A DNA stretch of 64,000 bases from Lama glama (Eukaryota). The DNA is taken from positions 372,001 through 436,000 of the forward strand of contig CM052849.1 of NCBI GenBank assembly GCA_028534125.1, given 5' to 3'. The translations under genes were made by a program, and so were the position numbers. Each line of letters starts with the position of its first letter. The stretch's first letter is position 1. The notes below the pieces were generated by a model. The model did no database searches. It saw only the letters and a list, made by a program, of their open reading frames with translations, and had not been told where the DNA came from. Below, piece by piece: positions 1-11,290 of this stretch.

Positions 1-1067
1 GGGGCATGGAGCTCCCTGGCTGGCCCTGAAAGCCATCAGGAAAGGCCACACACATCACGCTGGCCCTGCCTGCCATCCCCCACCCCCTCCCACACACAGA
101 GGACGTGAAGCTCTCATTTCCTGGAGGATGGAGGGCTACCCACGCCCACCCCCTGCCCTCGCCCTCGCCCTTAGCCAGGTCGCCTGGAGGGAAAGCCCAA
201 TCACTGCCACCCACAGGAACAGAAGGGCTGCGCCCGCTGACACTCAGCCCACTGAACCCAGAGACCAGGCACAGCTATGACATCGCCCTGGCATCGGCCG
301 GCACTTGTCACAGCCGAGGACCCCGACTGAGTCCTCGGCAATGTTGGCACCGAGGGCCAGGCTGAATGTCACAGTTGCTGCAGGTCCCCAGCCCAGCACA
401 AGGCTGGCACCCAGGAGCCTGGGACAGCCAAGCCCAAGCAGACGTGGCCATGCAAGGAGGCCACCATCTCTTCCAGGCCAGGTAGCCGGACCACTCCCCC
501 TCTGTGCATCCCAGCCACCTCAGAACAGCACTGGGCTGCCCTCGGAGGAGCCACGCACAGCACTCCTCGACCGCCAGGGAGGGAGAGGCAGGTGGGACCT
601 TGCCGGGACAGCAGACACCCCCGCTGTGTAGATGACGACCTCTCCCTCCCAGCTTCCTCATCCTGCAGGGGAGACCAGTGCCGCCCCTCTCCTGGGGTGA
701 GGTAACGTCCCCAGGCTGAGATCCTGGTCACACAGGCCCCCCTGCAGTCACAGTCATGTAGGGCAAGAGGGGAAGATCCGGCAGTGGGATCCCTGGGCCA
801 CAGGGATTTGCTGACACCAGCATGCCAATGCCGTCCTGGCCTCTTGGGCTCTGTAGGGGCTGGGGGAGGGCCAGGAGCCTTCTGCCCAACCTCCAGCGCC
901 CTAGGAGCCGGTGTGCATTCTGCACGTGACCATTAACTATGGGTCTGCTCGTCCCACGGCCCCAGGGCTGAAATGGCAGCTGCTTGTAGACAGGGGAGGC
1001 TGCAGGGGAGCTGGGGAAGGTGGTTCTTCAGGGGATGGTCGAGATGCCCTGGGCCCACCTATCACAC

Positions 1068-1172
1068 CTGGTGCCGTAGTCCAGGCCACGCACGCACACA
1101 GCCGCGTACTTGCTGAGGATGGGCTGCACGTACTCCCTGCCCTGATCCTCGATGGCCGGGTCCGGCAGCTGC
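1068..1172 (-). CDS. TANGO2: TANGO2 coding exon 8 (105 nt; [35 protein letters not shown]); gene continues beyond the left edge
   Basis: Translation matches TANGO2; acceptor ccttccag|GC, donor CCAG|gtgtga; phase fits exon 7. Confidence 0.95.
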
Positions 1173-1496
1173 CTGGAAGGGCATCGGAGGGGTCGCCGCT
1201 GGCCGCCCCCACCTACCCGCCATTGCCCATCAGCCCCATGGCGCCCTGGAAGGTGGCTGGGGGAACACAGGTGCTCCGTGCACTTTCCAGGCAAGGCCTA
1301 GGGCCTCCATCCAGCCCTCTACTTAGGACCCCATTGCTGGGCCGAGGACACAGGACAGCGATCGCCAAACCAGTCCCTGTGCCAGGGCCACCAGGAACTT
1401 CCCCAGGACCTGGGAACACGAGCACCTGTGGGCTCCGAGCTGGGGAAGGACAGAGTCAGCTCTCAGAGCCAGCTGGTGGGGGGCACACCCACTCAC

Positions 1497-1650
1497 GCCT
1501 CCTCATTGTTGAGCACATCCAGGAGCTGGGCCACGAGGGCTTCCTTAGGCAGCGCCTGGCTCCGCTCCACAGCCTCCAGGAAGAGCCGCTTCCCAAAACA
1601 CAGCTTCCTCCAGGGCGTCTCCAGCAGCGCATTGCTCAGCCCGTAGGTCC
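1497..1650 (-). CDS. TANGO2: TANGO2 coding exon 7 (154 nt; [50 protein letters not shown])
   Basis: GLSN..L.TPW.K motif of the NRDE/TANGO2 family; ctcacag|GG acceptor, GGC|gtgagt donor. Confidence 0.96.
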
Positions 1651-2668
1651 CTGTGAGGAGGGGTCAGCTCGGCCAGTGCACAGGCCCCGCAACGCTGGCT
1701 GAGGGGCACTGAGGCCAGGCGGCCCCACCCTCTGGCACCTTCTCTACAAGCATCCTGAGAACTCATGGTGCCCAACGTCTATAGGAGACGCCATGGGGCC
1801 TCAAGGGAGAGGTGATGGGAATAAAGAACCCGAAATCTGGCCGGGTGAAGGAAGGGGCACCCAAGAAGGATACCCCTCCCCACTCCATCTCTCAGCAAGG
1901 AAAGCTGCCAGGTGTGGGTCCACCTGAGAAGGTCGAGGTTGGAAGCATCAGCAGCCTGAGGCCAAAAGGGCGCCTGCCCACATCAGCTGGCTGTCAGGGA
2001 GCCCACCAACACTGAGACACCCCATGCCCACCTCTGCCCGCTGGCTGGACCCTGGCTGGGGGAGCTGGAGGGTCTCAGCAGGTCAACAGAAGGCATGATA
2101 TGTCAGGCAGAGCAGACGCCCCTGGAGAAGAGGGGCTTCTCAGGGGCCATAAGGGCAGCAGGGGCAGTAAACTGGAGTCATCCAGCCTGAAAGACACACC
2201 AAGGACGGGAGCCGCCACCCTCTGCTGCTGCCAGACTACAGGGGAGGAAACTGGCCACGTGTGGCCTGACTCCAGTCACTTGGCTCTGCAGGGGCCGCAC
2301 AGCTACACCGTCAGCACGCACATCACCATGCTGTATCTACCAGGCACCTGGTAGCCACAAGCAAGGAATGGAGCGGGACCCCTACCTCACACCACTCAGG
2401 AGAGTCTGTTCAAAAATGTGCCAAAGACCTGAGCATAAGAGCTAAAACCATGAAACTCTTAGAAGAAAACAGGAAAAGCTGCATTAGATTAGGCAATGTG
2501 TTCCTAGATGTGATGCCAAAAGCACAAGCAACAAAAGAAAACATACATAAATTAGACTTCACCGAATTGTAAAATGATGTGGTTCAAAAGACCAACAAGA
2601 AAGTGAATAAACTCATAGCATGAGAGAAAATATTTACAAATCAGGTATCTGATAAGAGACTTATATTT

Positions 2669-2866
2669 NNNNNNNNNNNNNNNNNNNNNNNNNNNNNNNN
2701 NNNNNNNNNNNNNNNNNNNNNNNNNNNNNNNNNNNNNNNNNNNNNNNNNNNNNNNNNNNNNNNNNNNNNNNNNNNNNNNNNNNNNNNNNNNNNNNNNNNN
2801 NNNNNNNNNNNNNNNNNNNNNNNNNNNNNNNNNNNNNNNNNNNNNNNNNNNNNNNNNNNNNNNNNN
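2669..2866. other. Assembly gap (198 N)
   Basis: Run of N inside the L1. Confidence 1.
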
Positions 2867-3227
2867 TAGGATGGCTGTAATCAGAAAGTCAGATGATGAC
2901 AAGTATTGGCAAGGATGTGGAGAAACTGGAATCTCGTAAGTTGCCGGTAGGGAGATAAAACAGCACAGCTGCCTTGGAAAACAGTCTGGCAAGTCCTCAA
3001 AAGGTTAAACAGTGATCTTAGGATCCAGCAACTCCACCCCTGGGTATGTGCACAAGGGGGATGAAAACATGTTTCCACACAAAAACTTGTAACAAATGTT
3101 TATGGCAGCATTTTCCACAACAGCCAAAAGGTGGAAACAACCCTAGTGTCCATTAACAGATGATGGATAAACAAAAGGCAGGACATCCACATGGTGGAAT
3201 ATTTCTCAGCCATAAAAAGGGATGAAG

Positions 3228-3364
3228 GTGGGGGTAAAGCCCTGCGGTAGAGCGCATGCTCGGCATACATGAGGTCCTGGCTTCAGTCCGCAGTATCTCC
3301 GTTAAAAAAATATATAAATAAACCTAACTACCCCCAAAAAAAGAATTTTAAAAAATTAAAAACA
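3228..3364 (+). mobile_element. tRNA-derived SINE, Vic-1-like (camelid type)
   Basis: A/B-box-like head (ggtagagcgcatgct...gaggtcctggcttcagtcc), tail aaataaacctaactaccccc plus A-rich end; TSD aaaaagggatgaag (3214-3227) / aaaaagaaatgaag (3365-3378). Confidence 0.8.
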
Positions 3365-4131
3365 AAAAAGAAATGAAGCCATAATACGTGCTACCACACG
3401 GGTGAACCTTGAAAGCAAGACACAAAGCGAAAGAAGCCAGATGCAAAAGGCAACGTAGTGTCTGAGACTATTTCTATAAAATGTGCAGAAAGGGCAAATC
3501 CAGAGACAGAAAGTGGATCACTGGTTTCCAGGCGCCGGAGGCAGGGAGACGGGGAATAACCGCCAGGGTCAGTGGATGCAGGTTCCTCTTAAGGTGATAA
3601 AAACGTTCTGGAATTAGATTTTGGTGATAGTTGTACCACTTTGTGAATAAACTAAAAACTACTGAAGGGCACACTTAAATGGGTGAACTGGGTGGCATGT
3701 TTTAAATATATATATACCTCAATAGAGCTGTTACTGAAAAAAAAAAAAAAAGACATGGACCAGGAGGGGCAGGCTCAGGGACGAAACAATAGGATGTAAT
3801 TGAAAAGAATCTCTTCCAGTGACTTGGCAGAAAACCAGTATCTCCAGTCACAACTGAGGGCATCATGGGGGTGGTTTCCAGATACTTCCACAAGGGCCAC
3901 TGGCCAGCACACAGAATTGGGTGGGGGGTCCTCTGCATACTCAGCCTTCTAGTCTCTAGTTCTCCCCAGACAGCTGTGGGTTGGGTGCTGGGAAAGGGCA
4001 GCCTGACATGTATCGAGTGAGCCTCGGTCGCTACAGGCCATCTGGCACATCCCAGGGGAGAAATTCAGCAGCACCTAGTCCCTGAGCAGTGCCGGTGTCC
4101 CCACCCGGTGCTACCCACCCTGCAGGCTCAC

Positions 4132-4202
4132 CTGGTGCCAGGACGACAGGCTCGGGATCCCCCCGGTTTCCATAGTAACAAACAACATCTCCCTTCTCTG
4201 TG
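4132..4202 (-). CDS. TANGO2: TANGO2 coding exon 6 (71 nt; [23 protein letters not shown])
   Basis: Translation; gtctgcag|CA acceptor, CCAG|gtgagc donor. Confidence 0.96.
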
Positions 4203-6160
4203 CTGCAGACCAGAGGGGAGAAAGGGTCAGCCAGGAGCCTCAGGGTGTCCTGCCCTGTCGCCACCCCACGACCTCCACAGCCCGGGCCCCGGCACCACTG
4301 CTGGTGGCAGCAAGAGGCTGGAAGCCACTGCTGTAGGGACAGGGCCTCACAGGCAGGGTCATCGTATCCCTGGCTCCCAACTCCTGGGTGACTGCAGGGA
4401 CCACTGGCCTGGGAGTGGCAGCATCTAACAGACTGTCCTGCCTTGCTGAACGCCCCCAGGTGTAGGCACTCGAGGCTGCCTATGGTGACAACTGTCCCCA
4501 CGAATGCCCACGTCTCCTCGCGAGGCTGCAGCCCCCACACCCATGCTCACTGCTGAGCGCCCATGGATGGGATGGGTGCCCCCGGGGTGACTGAGGCTTC
4601 TGAACACAGAGCTGGAGATGTTTTCAGACCTTCACATGCTAAGTGTGCACTTAAATCAGTTTAAAGTGCTCCAGAGCTGAAAGTGTTTCAATTCCTAAAC
4701 ATCACAGTAAATCTCTCCACTGCAAATTGGATTGCCTTTCCTGTAAGCTAAAGATGGACTCTTTCCAGTCCAGGAGCCCCCCTTGGGTATCAGAGGGGTA
4801 GACACCCTGCCAGGGCCTCGCTGCACCCTTCCTGGCCATAGCACTGCCCCTCCTGCCCCTGACCAGTCAGGCCGTGTGCGCGGGGACCACCCACAGCAGC
4901 CCCTACCTGTGTGCAGACGTACCCTGTCCCCATCACCCGCCACCACCCACCAGCATCTGACCAGCAGCCCTGGGTGCAGGCCCTGGGGTGCTGCCCAGGA
5001 GACGAGGGCCCTGAGTGACTCCTGCCAACCTCCCAGGCACTGGCAGTCACCTCGCCTGGGGGCTTGTATCTGCAGCAGGAGGTGGGCCCCCTTAGCCAGC
5101 CCTGGGTCGGAGGCTGCCATGGAGGGCACAGCTGTGAGTGGCCAGGGCCCAGGCCCTGGAGCTGCAGAGGCAAATGTGCCCTGAGAAGTCAGGGCACGGC
5201 GCAAAGACAGCCAGCCAGTGCCCGGAACCTGTGATGCGAGTGCTGCCAGCAGGTGTCCCTCCCAGCCTGGTGGCCACCAGCAGGAGCCTTGCCTGTCACC
5301 TGCCTGTCTGAACTTAAGAGCGCCAGGCACACAGGGTGCCCGAGTGGAGGCGCAGAGTCTGCATGCAGAGGTGCGGACAGTGGGTGGGCCTGGGAGCTGC
5401 TGAGCATCCATGGCCTGCCGCACCTCTCTGTATGCCCTGCACGGACCTGCCAACACCCCGACTGCGGCATCCCTACATGGCCCTGGCCCCCTCAGGGTCC
5501 CAGCAACCTGACTCCTGAACCTCTCCCCCAGCACAGGTGCCCCTGAGGCTCCAGGACCCATGCTCCCGTTGGGGCCCGCTCCTCCAGCCCTAACGACAGG
5601 ACCCTCCACCCTCTCCTGCCCTGCTCGCCTGTCTGCCCCACCCCCAAGTCTGCTGGCAACAGAGGGTGGCTTGGGCAGCTCTGTGTTCCCTGGCATCTCC
5701 AGAAGGGTCCTGGGAGCCGAGACCTCCCAGAACCTGCTGTGAGCCTGGCACCCACTCGGATGGACCCCCTGGGGACACCACTGTGGGACCCAGCACTCAG
5801 CAGCACTGAATACCATGTGGGCCAGGTTCTCTAGCTGGGACACCTCTGTCCACCAGAGACTAGGGACCCCAGCCACAGACTCGGGGAGGAGACCTGGGGA
5901 GACGGCCCAGCACAGTCCTGCTCTGGCTCTCATAGCAGGAGCCAACAGCCCTCATGCAGTCATGGGGTGTGGGGGGGGCAGCCCCCACCTCAGCTCTGCT
6001 GCCCAAGTCCCCCCCGCCAGTGCGTCTGGGAGGGGCTGGACCAGGGACGCTCACCCAGCCCACCAGGAGTGGCATCCCTGGAGGGTCTGCCACAGACGCC
6101 ATGGCTCCCCGCTGCCTGCTGAGCTGCGACCCAGGCCTGAGCAGCGCCTGGTGGACCCAC

Positions 6161-6275
6161 CTCAGGTCGGCTGCTATGAGGTTGAAGCCGTTGTACAGGT
6201 GGCCCTCCGCCGAGACCTTCTTCAGGTAGGTCAGGCTGTCCATATCAGTGGTCAGAAACTGGGCCACAAGCTCAC
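6161..6275 (-). CDS. TANGO2: TANGO2 coding exon 5 (115 nt; [37 protein letters not shown])
   Basis: YNGFNL family motif; gccatag|GT acceptor, GAG|gtgggt donor. Confidence 0.97.
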
Positions 6276-6662
6276 CTATGGCAGGAGACAGACACCCATG
6301 TCCAGGGCAGCGGGGCTGAGCCCCTCTCCCGGGGAGACCGACAGTTCCCCGAGGCCAGCCACCCCGCCACACTGACCCAGCAGCTAGGGAGGTGGGCACC
6401 AGGAACTCCGTTTTTGTTGGGCATTGACAGTTTTCCCCCATGTTATGCCCCCACGTCGAAGTCCAGCACAGAGGACAGGTCTTCAGTGGGGACAGTGTCC
6501 ACTGGACAGGTGGGGGACAACGACACAATAGTCAGGAGTGACGCCGCGGCCAAAGGTGGGAGTCACATGACCAGGCCGAGGGTGGCTCCCAGTGTGGCCA
6601 GCCAGGGCCCTGGAACCATGCCCTCTTCCCCGCCACCCTCCCGCCCACCCAGCCCCATGTAC

Positions 6663-6782
6663 CTCGGCCCCGGGCGTCCCGGTCCAGCCGGGGCTGCAGG
6701 TAGTTGGTGAGAGCCGCCAGCTTCCCCCGCGTGCTGATGCCCAGCCACGTGCCGCCTTCCTTGCCCTCCTCCATGTCGAGCC
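6663..6782 (-). CDS. TANGO2: TANGO2 coding exon 4 (120 nt; [39 protein letters not shown])
   Basis: GGTWLG and LTN motifs; gtgctcag|GG acceptor, GAG|gtacat donor. Confidence 0.97.
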
Positions 6783-7189
6783 CTGAGCACAGGACAGTGT
6801 TACCTCCAGTCCCACCCTGTTGCCCACATCCTGGGGACACGCAGGCTCAGCCCAGCAGCCCTGGCTGTGGAACGGGGGCTGGAACTCCACAGGGGTATGT
6901 GGGAGAGACCCTCGCCCAACAATGACATCTGAGGCCCATGGGAGCCCCAGGAGCTGTTGCGTGGTGGGCCCTGGGCCCCTGCACAACACATCCCAGTGCC
7001 TGGGTGGGCCCTTCATTAGGAGCCCGCCGGCTACAACCCTCCACAGCCAAGGGCCCCTGCAGAGGGGCCATGAGGGAGTCTCCTGAGACTAGAAGGTCAT
7101 TTTACTGGAAGACCAGAGTAAAAATGGCTGTAACTAAAATGCTATTTTTATAACAGTAGTAAGTTATAACAGTAGAAGAAAACAAGCAA

Positions 7190-8100
7190 AGATCAGGAAG
7201 AAGTGAAACTGTCCCTATTTTTACGCGACAGAATTGTGTATGAAGAAAATCCAAAAGGGATCTCAAAAAAAAAAAAATCCTCTAGAGCTAATAAGTTAAC
7301 ATCAGCAAGAACTGGAAGATAAGAATTTAAACAATCATTTACAACAGCACTGAATGACTTTTAAAACTTTTAGGAAAACGCTATAGGAAAGACTTGTGTG
7401 CTGAGGAACAATCTAACTGGATCAGGCAGGTCTAAATAAAGGAAGGGACACTTGATGTGGTCAGGGTGACACTTCTCCCCAAAAGACCAAAAGAGTGGAC
7501 ATAATCCCAGTGAAGACCAGCAGGCCTGTGTGTAACCATGTTCACAGGCTGGCTCTGAAGCTCAGGACGGCCATAGGTCTCCCAGCGACGGAGAGAGCCA
7601 CGCCGCAGGGCTCCACCACCTGCTTTCCACACTTGCTCAGAAGCCATGGAAACCAAGACACATCAGTGGGACACAAGAGTCCACAACAGATCCACACACA
7701 TGTGTTCCACTGAGTTTTAGCTGGTTGGCCACGGCAACACAACGGCCACAGAACACCCACCAGTGATGACGGAACGGTGGACAGATGGGCATGACTCTCA
7801 ACCCCCGCCTCCCACCACAGGCAAAACTGAATGTGAGATGAATCACAGACCAAAACATAAAACCCCAAATCAGAGGGCTTCGAGAAGCACATAGAGGAAA
7901 ACACCTTTTGACCTTACGACAGGCAAAGACTTTTTGGATAAGACATGAGAAGAACAAACCATAAGAAGAGAAGATAAACTGCACTCCATTAAGACAAAAC
8001 ACTCGCTTACCAAAAGGTGTCATTAACAAAGTGGGTGGTGACACGTTACCCACCAAGGACTCACATCCAGGGCACGAAGCCTCCGACAAACCATGAGTGA
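7190..8100 (+). mobile_element. Decayed LINE-1 ORF2 fragments
   Basis: A-rich plus strand with L1 ORF2-like segments (gaagtgaaactgtccctattt...gaaaatccaaaag; aggcaaagactttttggataagaca...aaccataagaagagaagataaact). Confidence 0.7.
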
Positions 8101-8139
8101 AGCGTCCACATCTGGCCAAGGACCAGGATCCAGATGAGA

Positions 8140-8430
8140 AAGACAGAAAAGCTGAATTTCTGGAGATAAAAACTACAATGTGTGAGATAAAAAATATGCA
8201 GACCAGGATTAGAAGCCAGTTAGACACTGAAGAAGAAAAGACCTGGGGACTTGAGAACATGGTGATAGAAGCTATCTAAGAAGAAGCAGAGAGAAAGAAG
8301 GGTTTATAAAAATGAACTGAGCATCACTGAAGCGTGGGACGACTTCAAATAAACTGACATGTGTGTAACTGGGGCAGAGCGGGGAGAGGCTGAGAAGAAA
8401 CAGCAGGAGCCAGAAAAGCATTTGGAGAAA
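8140..8430 (+). mobile_element. Decayed L1 ORF1-like or HAL1-like fragment
   Basis: Translates to coiled-coil-like EFLEIKTTMCEIKNMQTRIRSQLDTEEEK...LENMVIEAI, resembling L1 ORF1p. Confidence 0.65.
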
Positions 8431-9760
8431 CAACCCACACATCCTCTCCATGTCTACCAAGCCCCACATCACTGATGCATGGCTGTGATTCTGTGCGTGA
8501 CTGGGCAACACCGACACTGGGAGAGGGTGCACCTGGGATCTCCCGGGCAGGGCAGCGGGGGCCTGGGGGCCAGGACAGCCAAGGGACCCAGGCAGGCTGA
8601 CTCTTCATCTGAGCCTCCATAACTTCATCTACAAAAGTCCCCCCAGAGCTGCCTCCTGTTCCCCTTCCAAGGGATCAGCCCGCAATTTGTGCCCTCCAGC
8701 AGTGACATACACGATCTGCCCATCCCCACAGCTGCTCTGTTCCCTCCTAGCCCAGGGTGGCCGGGGTGGTCCTGGCCGTGCTCACAAGCTCCCCTGTGCC
8801 CTGCTCCCATGGCCCCACAGGCCTGCTCCTCCATCCCTGTGGCTCCACTGAGGACCGCACCTACCTGAGCCCTGGCCCCTGAGCCCCAGAGCTCATGCAG
8901 CAGGGCCCACCCCTCCGCCCCGCACTCCTGTCTGCACGTGTCCTGGGTCTCCTGACAAGGCTGAGACAGTGGAGACCCGGCCTCTTCTCCCTCCTGCTCT
9001 CACCACCCTGGGGGCCCTGCTCACAGCTTTCCCCGCCACCTGCCAGACCCCCGTCTCGGTCTCCCCATCCCTGTCCTCCTCTCTCGTGGCACCACTGCCC
9101 AAATGCAGCCCCCAGGAGGCCTTCGTAGGAGCTCGGCAGGCAAAGCAGGCCCCCCAGGCCTCCCCCTTGCACTGGCCTGGTGCCTGTCTCACAGATGACC
9201 TATCTGCATGCCCTCCGGGTTGACCCTGCCCACACTGAGACAGACACTGCTCCCAGTCCAAAGGTCCCAGGAAGGCTGCAGCACAGTGGGCCAGAGGTGC
9301 CCCACCTCCACTCTGTCCCCATGGGATCCTCACCAGCCCCCGGGACACACTAGCTGGGCCTCTGCTCCCCCATCTCAGGCCACTCTCCCTGGAGCCTGGG
9401 ACACTTGTGCACAACAGAAACATTTGCAGACAGACACACGCCCAGGCTCTTGCAGGCAAAACCATGATGCTTCTCAGTGACCAGCCTGGCCCCACACCTC
9501 CCAGGAGTCCCACCACAGTGGGAGGTGGGTCCAAATAAACCCTCACTTCCCAGCTGCTTCTGTGCAGATCCAGGCATGGAAAGCCATGTGGACAGTGCTG
9601 GGTGCACAGCTCCGGGCACTCACCCCAATGCCGCCCTGGACGCCGGCTGGGGAGCCCGGTCCGTGAGACCCAGCTGTCTCCACCTCCTCCTCCCGCATGT
9701 GCGCTGGGAAGAGCCGTATGGCTAGAGCCGCTCCGGGCCACCTCCACCCGGCAGACTCAC

Positions 9761-9849
9761 CGCTGAGGACCTCATGGTTGCTCCCCCAGAAGTCCGCGAC
9801 CTTGGACGGCCTGTGGTAGAATTCGTCCCTGTTGGCGGCCAGGATGAGC
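9761..9849 (-). CDS. TANGO2: TANGO2 coding exon 3 (89 nt; [29 protein letters not shown])
   Basis: Signature NRDE motif; ctccctcag|GC acceptor, GCG|gtgagt donor. Confidence 0.97.
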
Positions 9850-11139
9850 CTGAGGGAGAGAGCAGGGCTGAGGCCTGGGTGACAGCGGGGAGCCGCAGTT
9901 CCTCTCCCCTAACCAGGATGCTGTGCGTCTGTAGCAACGTGGGAGGGCTTGGATGGCGGTGGGGGGGGGGCCGGGCCCCCCGCGGCCACACTGCATCTGA
10001 AACCAGGTCTGTCGAGTCAGTGATCAGATCTTCAAAGGTCAGGAGTAATGTCTGTGTTGACTCACTGACTTCACGAACATCTGCTCTTGGTAAAACGTGA
10101 ATTAACAAAGACGTTCACAGAACTGAAGGGAAACCAGCATTGGCACCACCGCCAGGGCTGTGGGAGCGTTTCTACCATGTGCCCAGGGTGTCCCCCATGC
10201 ACACTGCCCATGCCACCCTGGCCAGGGGCTGCCCAAAGCCTCACCACCCCCAGGACACCTGTTCAGCCTGAGGCCACTCTGTCCCTCCACACAGCCAGCT
10301 TCAGGGCTGTGCTGGGGCTCAGGGTACACACCCAGAGTGGGGGTCGCTGCCCAATATAAGCCTGGCTGTTCACAGAAGGATGCTCTGTAGCTCCAACTGC
10401 CAAGCTCTGACCTGGGCCCCAGCCCCAGGTCGAGGGAGGCTTCCTGAGGGAAGGGGCTGCCAGGCCCTGACCCTTGACCCCAGCCACATTGGCTCTGTCC
10501 CTTCTGAGACACAGCCCAGTCCCGTCCTGGTGGAAGCTGGCTGGACAGCGGTTAAGCAGAAGGAGATGCCACATCCCCGAGTGAGTGGGAAGACTGTGCC
10601 GAGGGGGCCAGGTCCTCCAGTGAGGGTGGGTCAGGTCTTGCGCTCAGGTCCCAGGTCCCCCGTTAGGTACCCAGTGTCCCTCCTCTGGCTGCTTGCCTCA
10701 CATCCGTGTCAGCCGGGTGGGAGGCCAGGAGGCCATGCCCAAACCAGGCTGGTGCCATCACTTCTGGTTTGGATCCTTGAGAAGACTCCAGAGAGGAAAA
10801 TTAGGGAAAAGATAGAAGCGAAAGAACAGAGCCTCTATCCGCTGACTCCAGATACCCTGTAGAATGAGGAGTCAGATGTCTGTTTGTCCAGGAGCCCGAG
10901 GGCTGGGCTGCTTCTGTCCAGAGCCGCTGTTCAGCCGAACTGCCAGTGGGCGAGACGGTTCTGCTTCGAGGCTCTCGCTCCCACTCCTGGGTCCAGCGCC
11001 AGCCAAGGCCCCAGCACTACAGGCGGGCAGCACATCAGCACAGGGCAGTTCTGGGGACAGCAAGTCACCACGGCTCTGTCCTGTCACGGGTCCTGACACG
11101 GTCTGACTGACATCGCGGGGAGCCTGTGGCATGCCGTCA

Positions 11140-11290
11140 GAAGGCGCACAAGGAAATCAACTTGGCGGTTCCTCAGAAAGTCAAACACAGGATGGCCACT
11201 CGATCCAGGGCTTTCCACTTCCAGGCACTTAATCAAAAGGACTGAAAGCGAGGCATGAACAGGTGCTTGCGCACTAATACAGCCGAGAGT
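11140..11290 (+). mobile_element. Short LINE-1 fragment (ORF2 C-terminal region)
   Basis: tggcggttcctcagaaagtcaaacacag...gatccag...tccacttccagg; same segment as the L1 piece near 63895-63960. Confidence 0.6.

Larger units (their letters stand above)
2370..3751 (+). mobile_element. 5'-truncated old LINE-1 (L1M/L1MB-like; ORF2 3' end, 3' UTR and A-tail), interrupted by an N gap and a SINE
   Basis: AT-rich; typical L1 segments (aaagacctgagcataagagctaaaaccatgaaactcttagaagaaaac; aaggatgtggagaaactggaa; cagccataaaaagg); ends tacctcaatagagctgtt followed by an A-run at about 3737-3751. Confidence 0.85.

Noticed and set aside
1-1067. Search for TANGO2 exon 9 (TNTIILVD...)
   Set aside because: No matching frame found; it must lie beyond the left edge. 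ORFs here are intronic noise.
2552-2992. 146-aa ORF in the track
   Set aside because: Spans the N gap and is antisense L1 sequence.
3228-3300. Possible tRNA gene
   Set aside because: Degenerate boxes, A-rich tail and TSD indicate a SINE head; no convincing cloverleaf.
5267-5280. 14-bp perfect palindrome CTGGTGGCCACCAG
   Set aside because: A few palindromes of this length are expected by chance in 64 kb; no supporting context.
4695-5945. 416-aa minus-strand ORF in TANGO2 intron 5
   Set aside because: No domain, low-complexity G/A/P/R/W composition, no splice support; expected in GC-rich, TpA-poor DNA.
9961-9970. Poly-G runs (also near 16350-16361)
   Set aside because: Simple homopolymers of unreliable length; no further structure.
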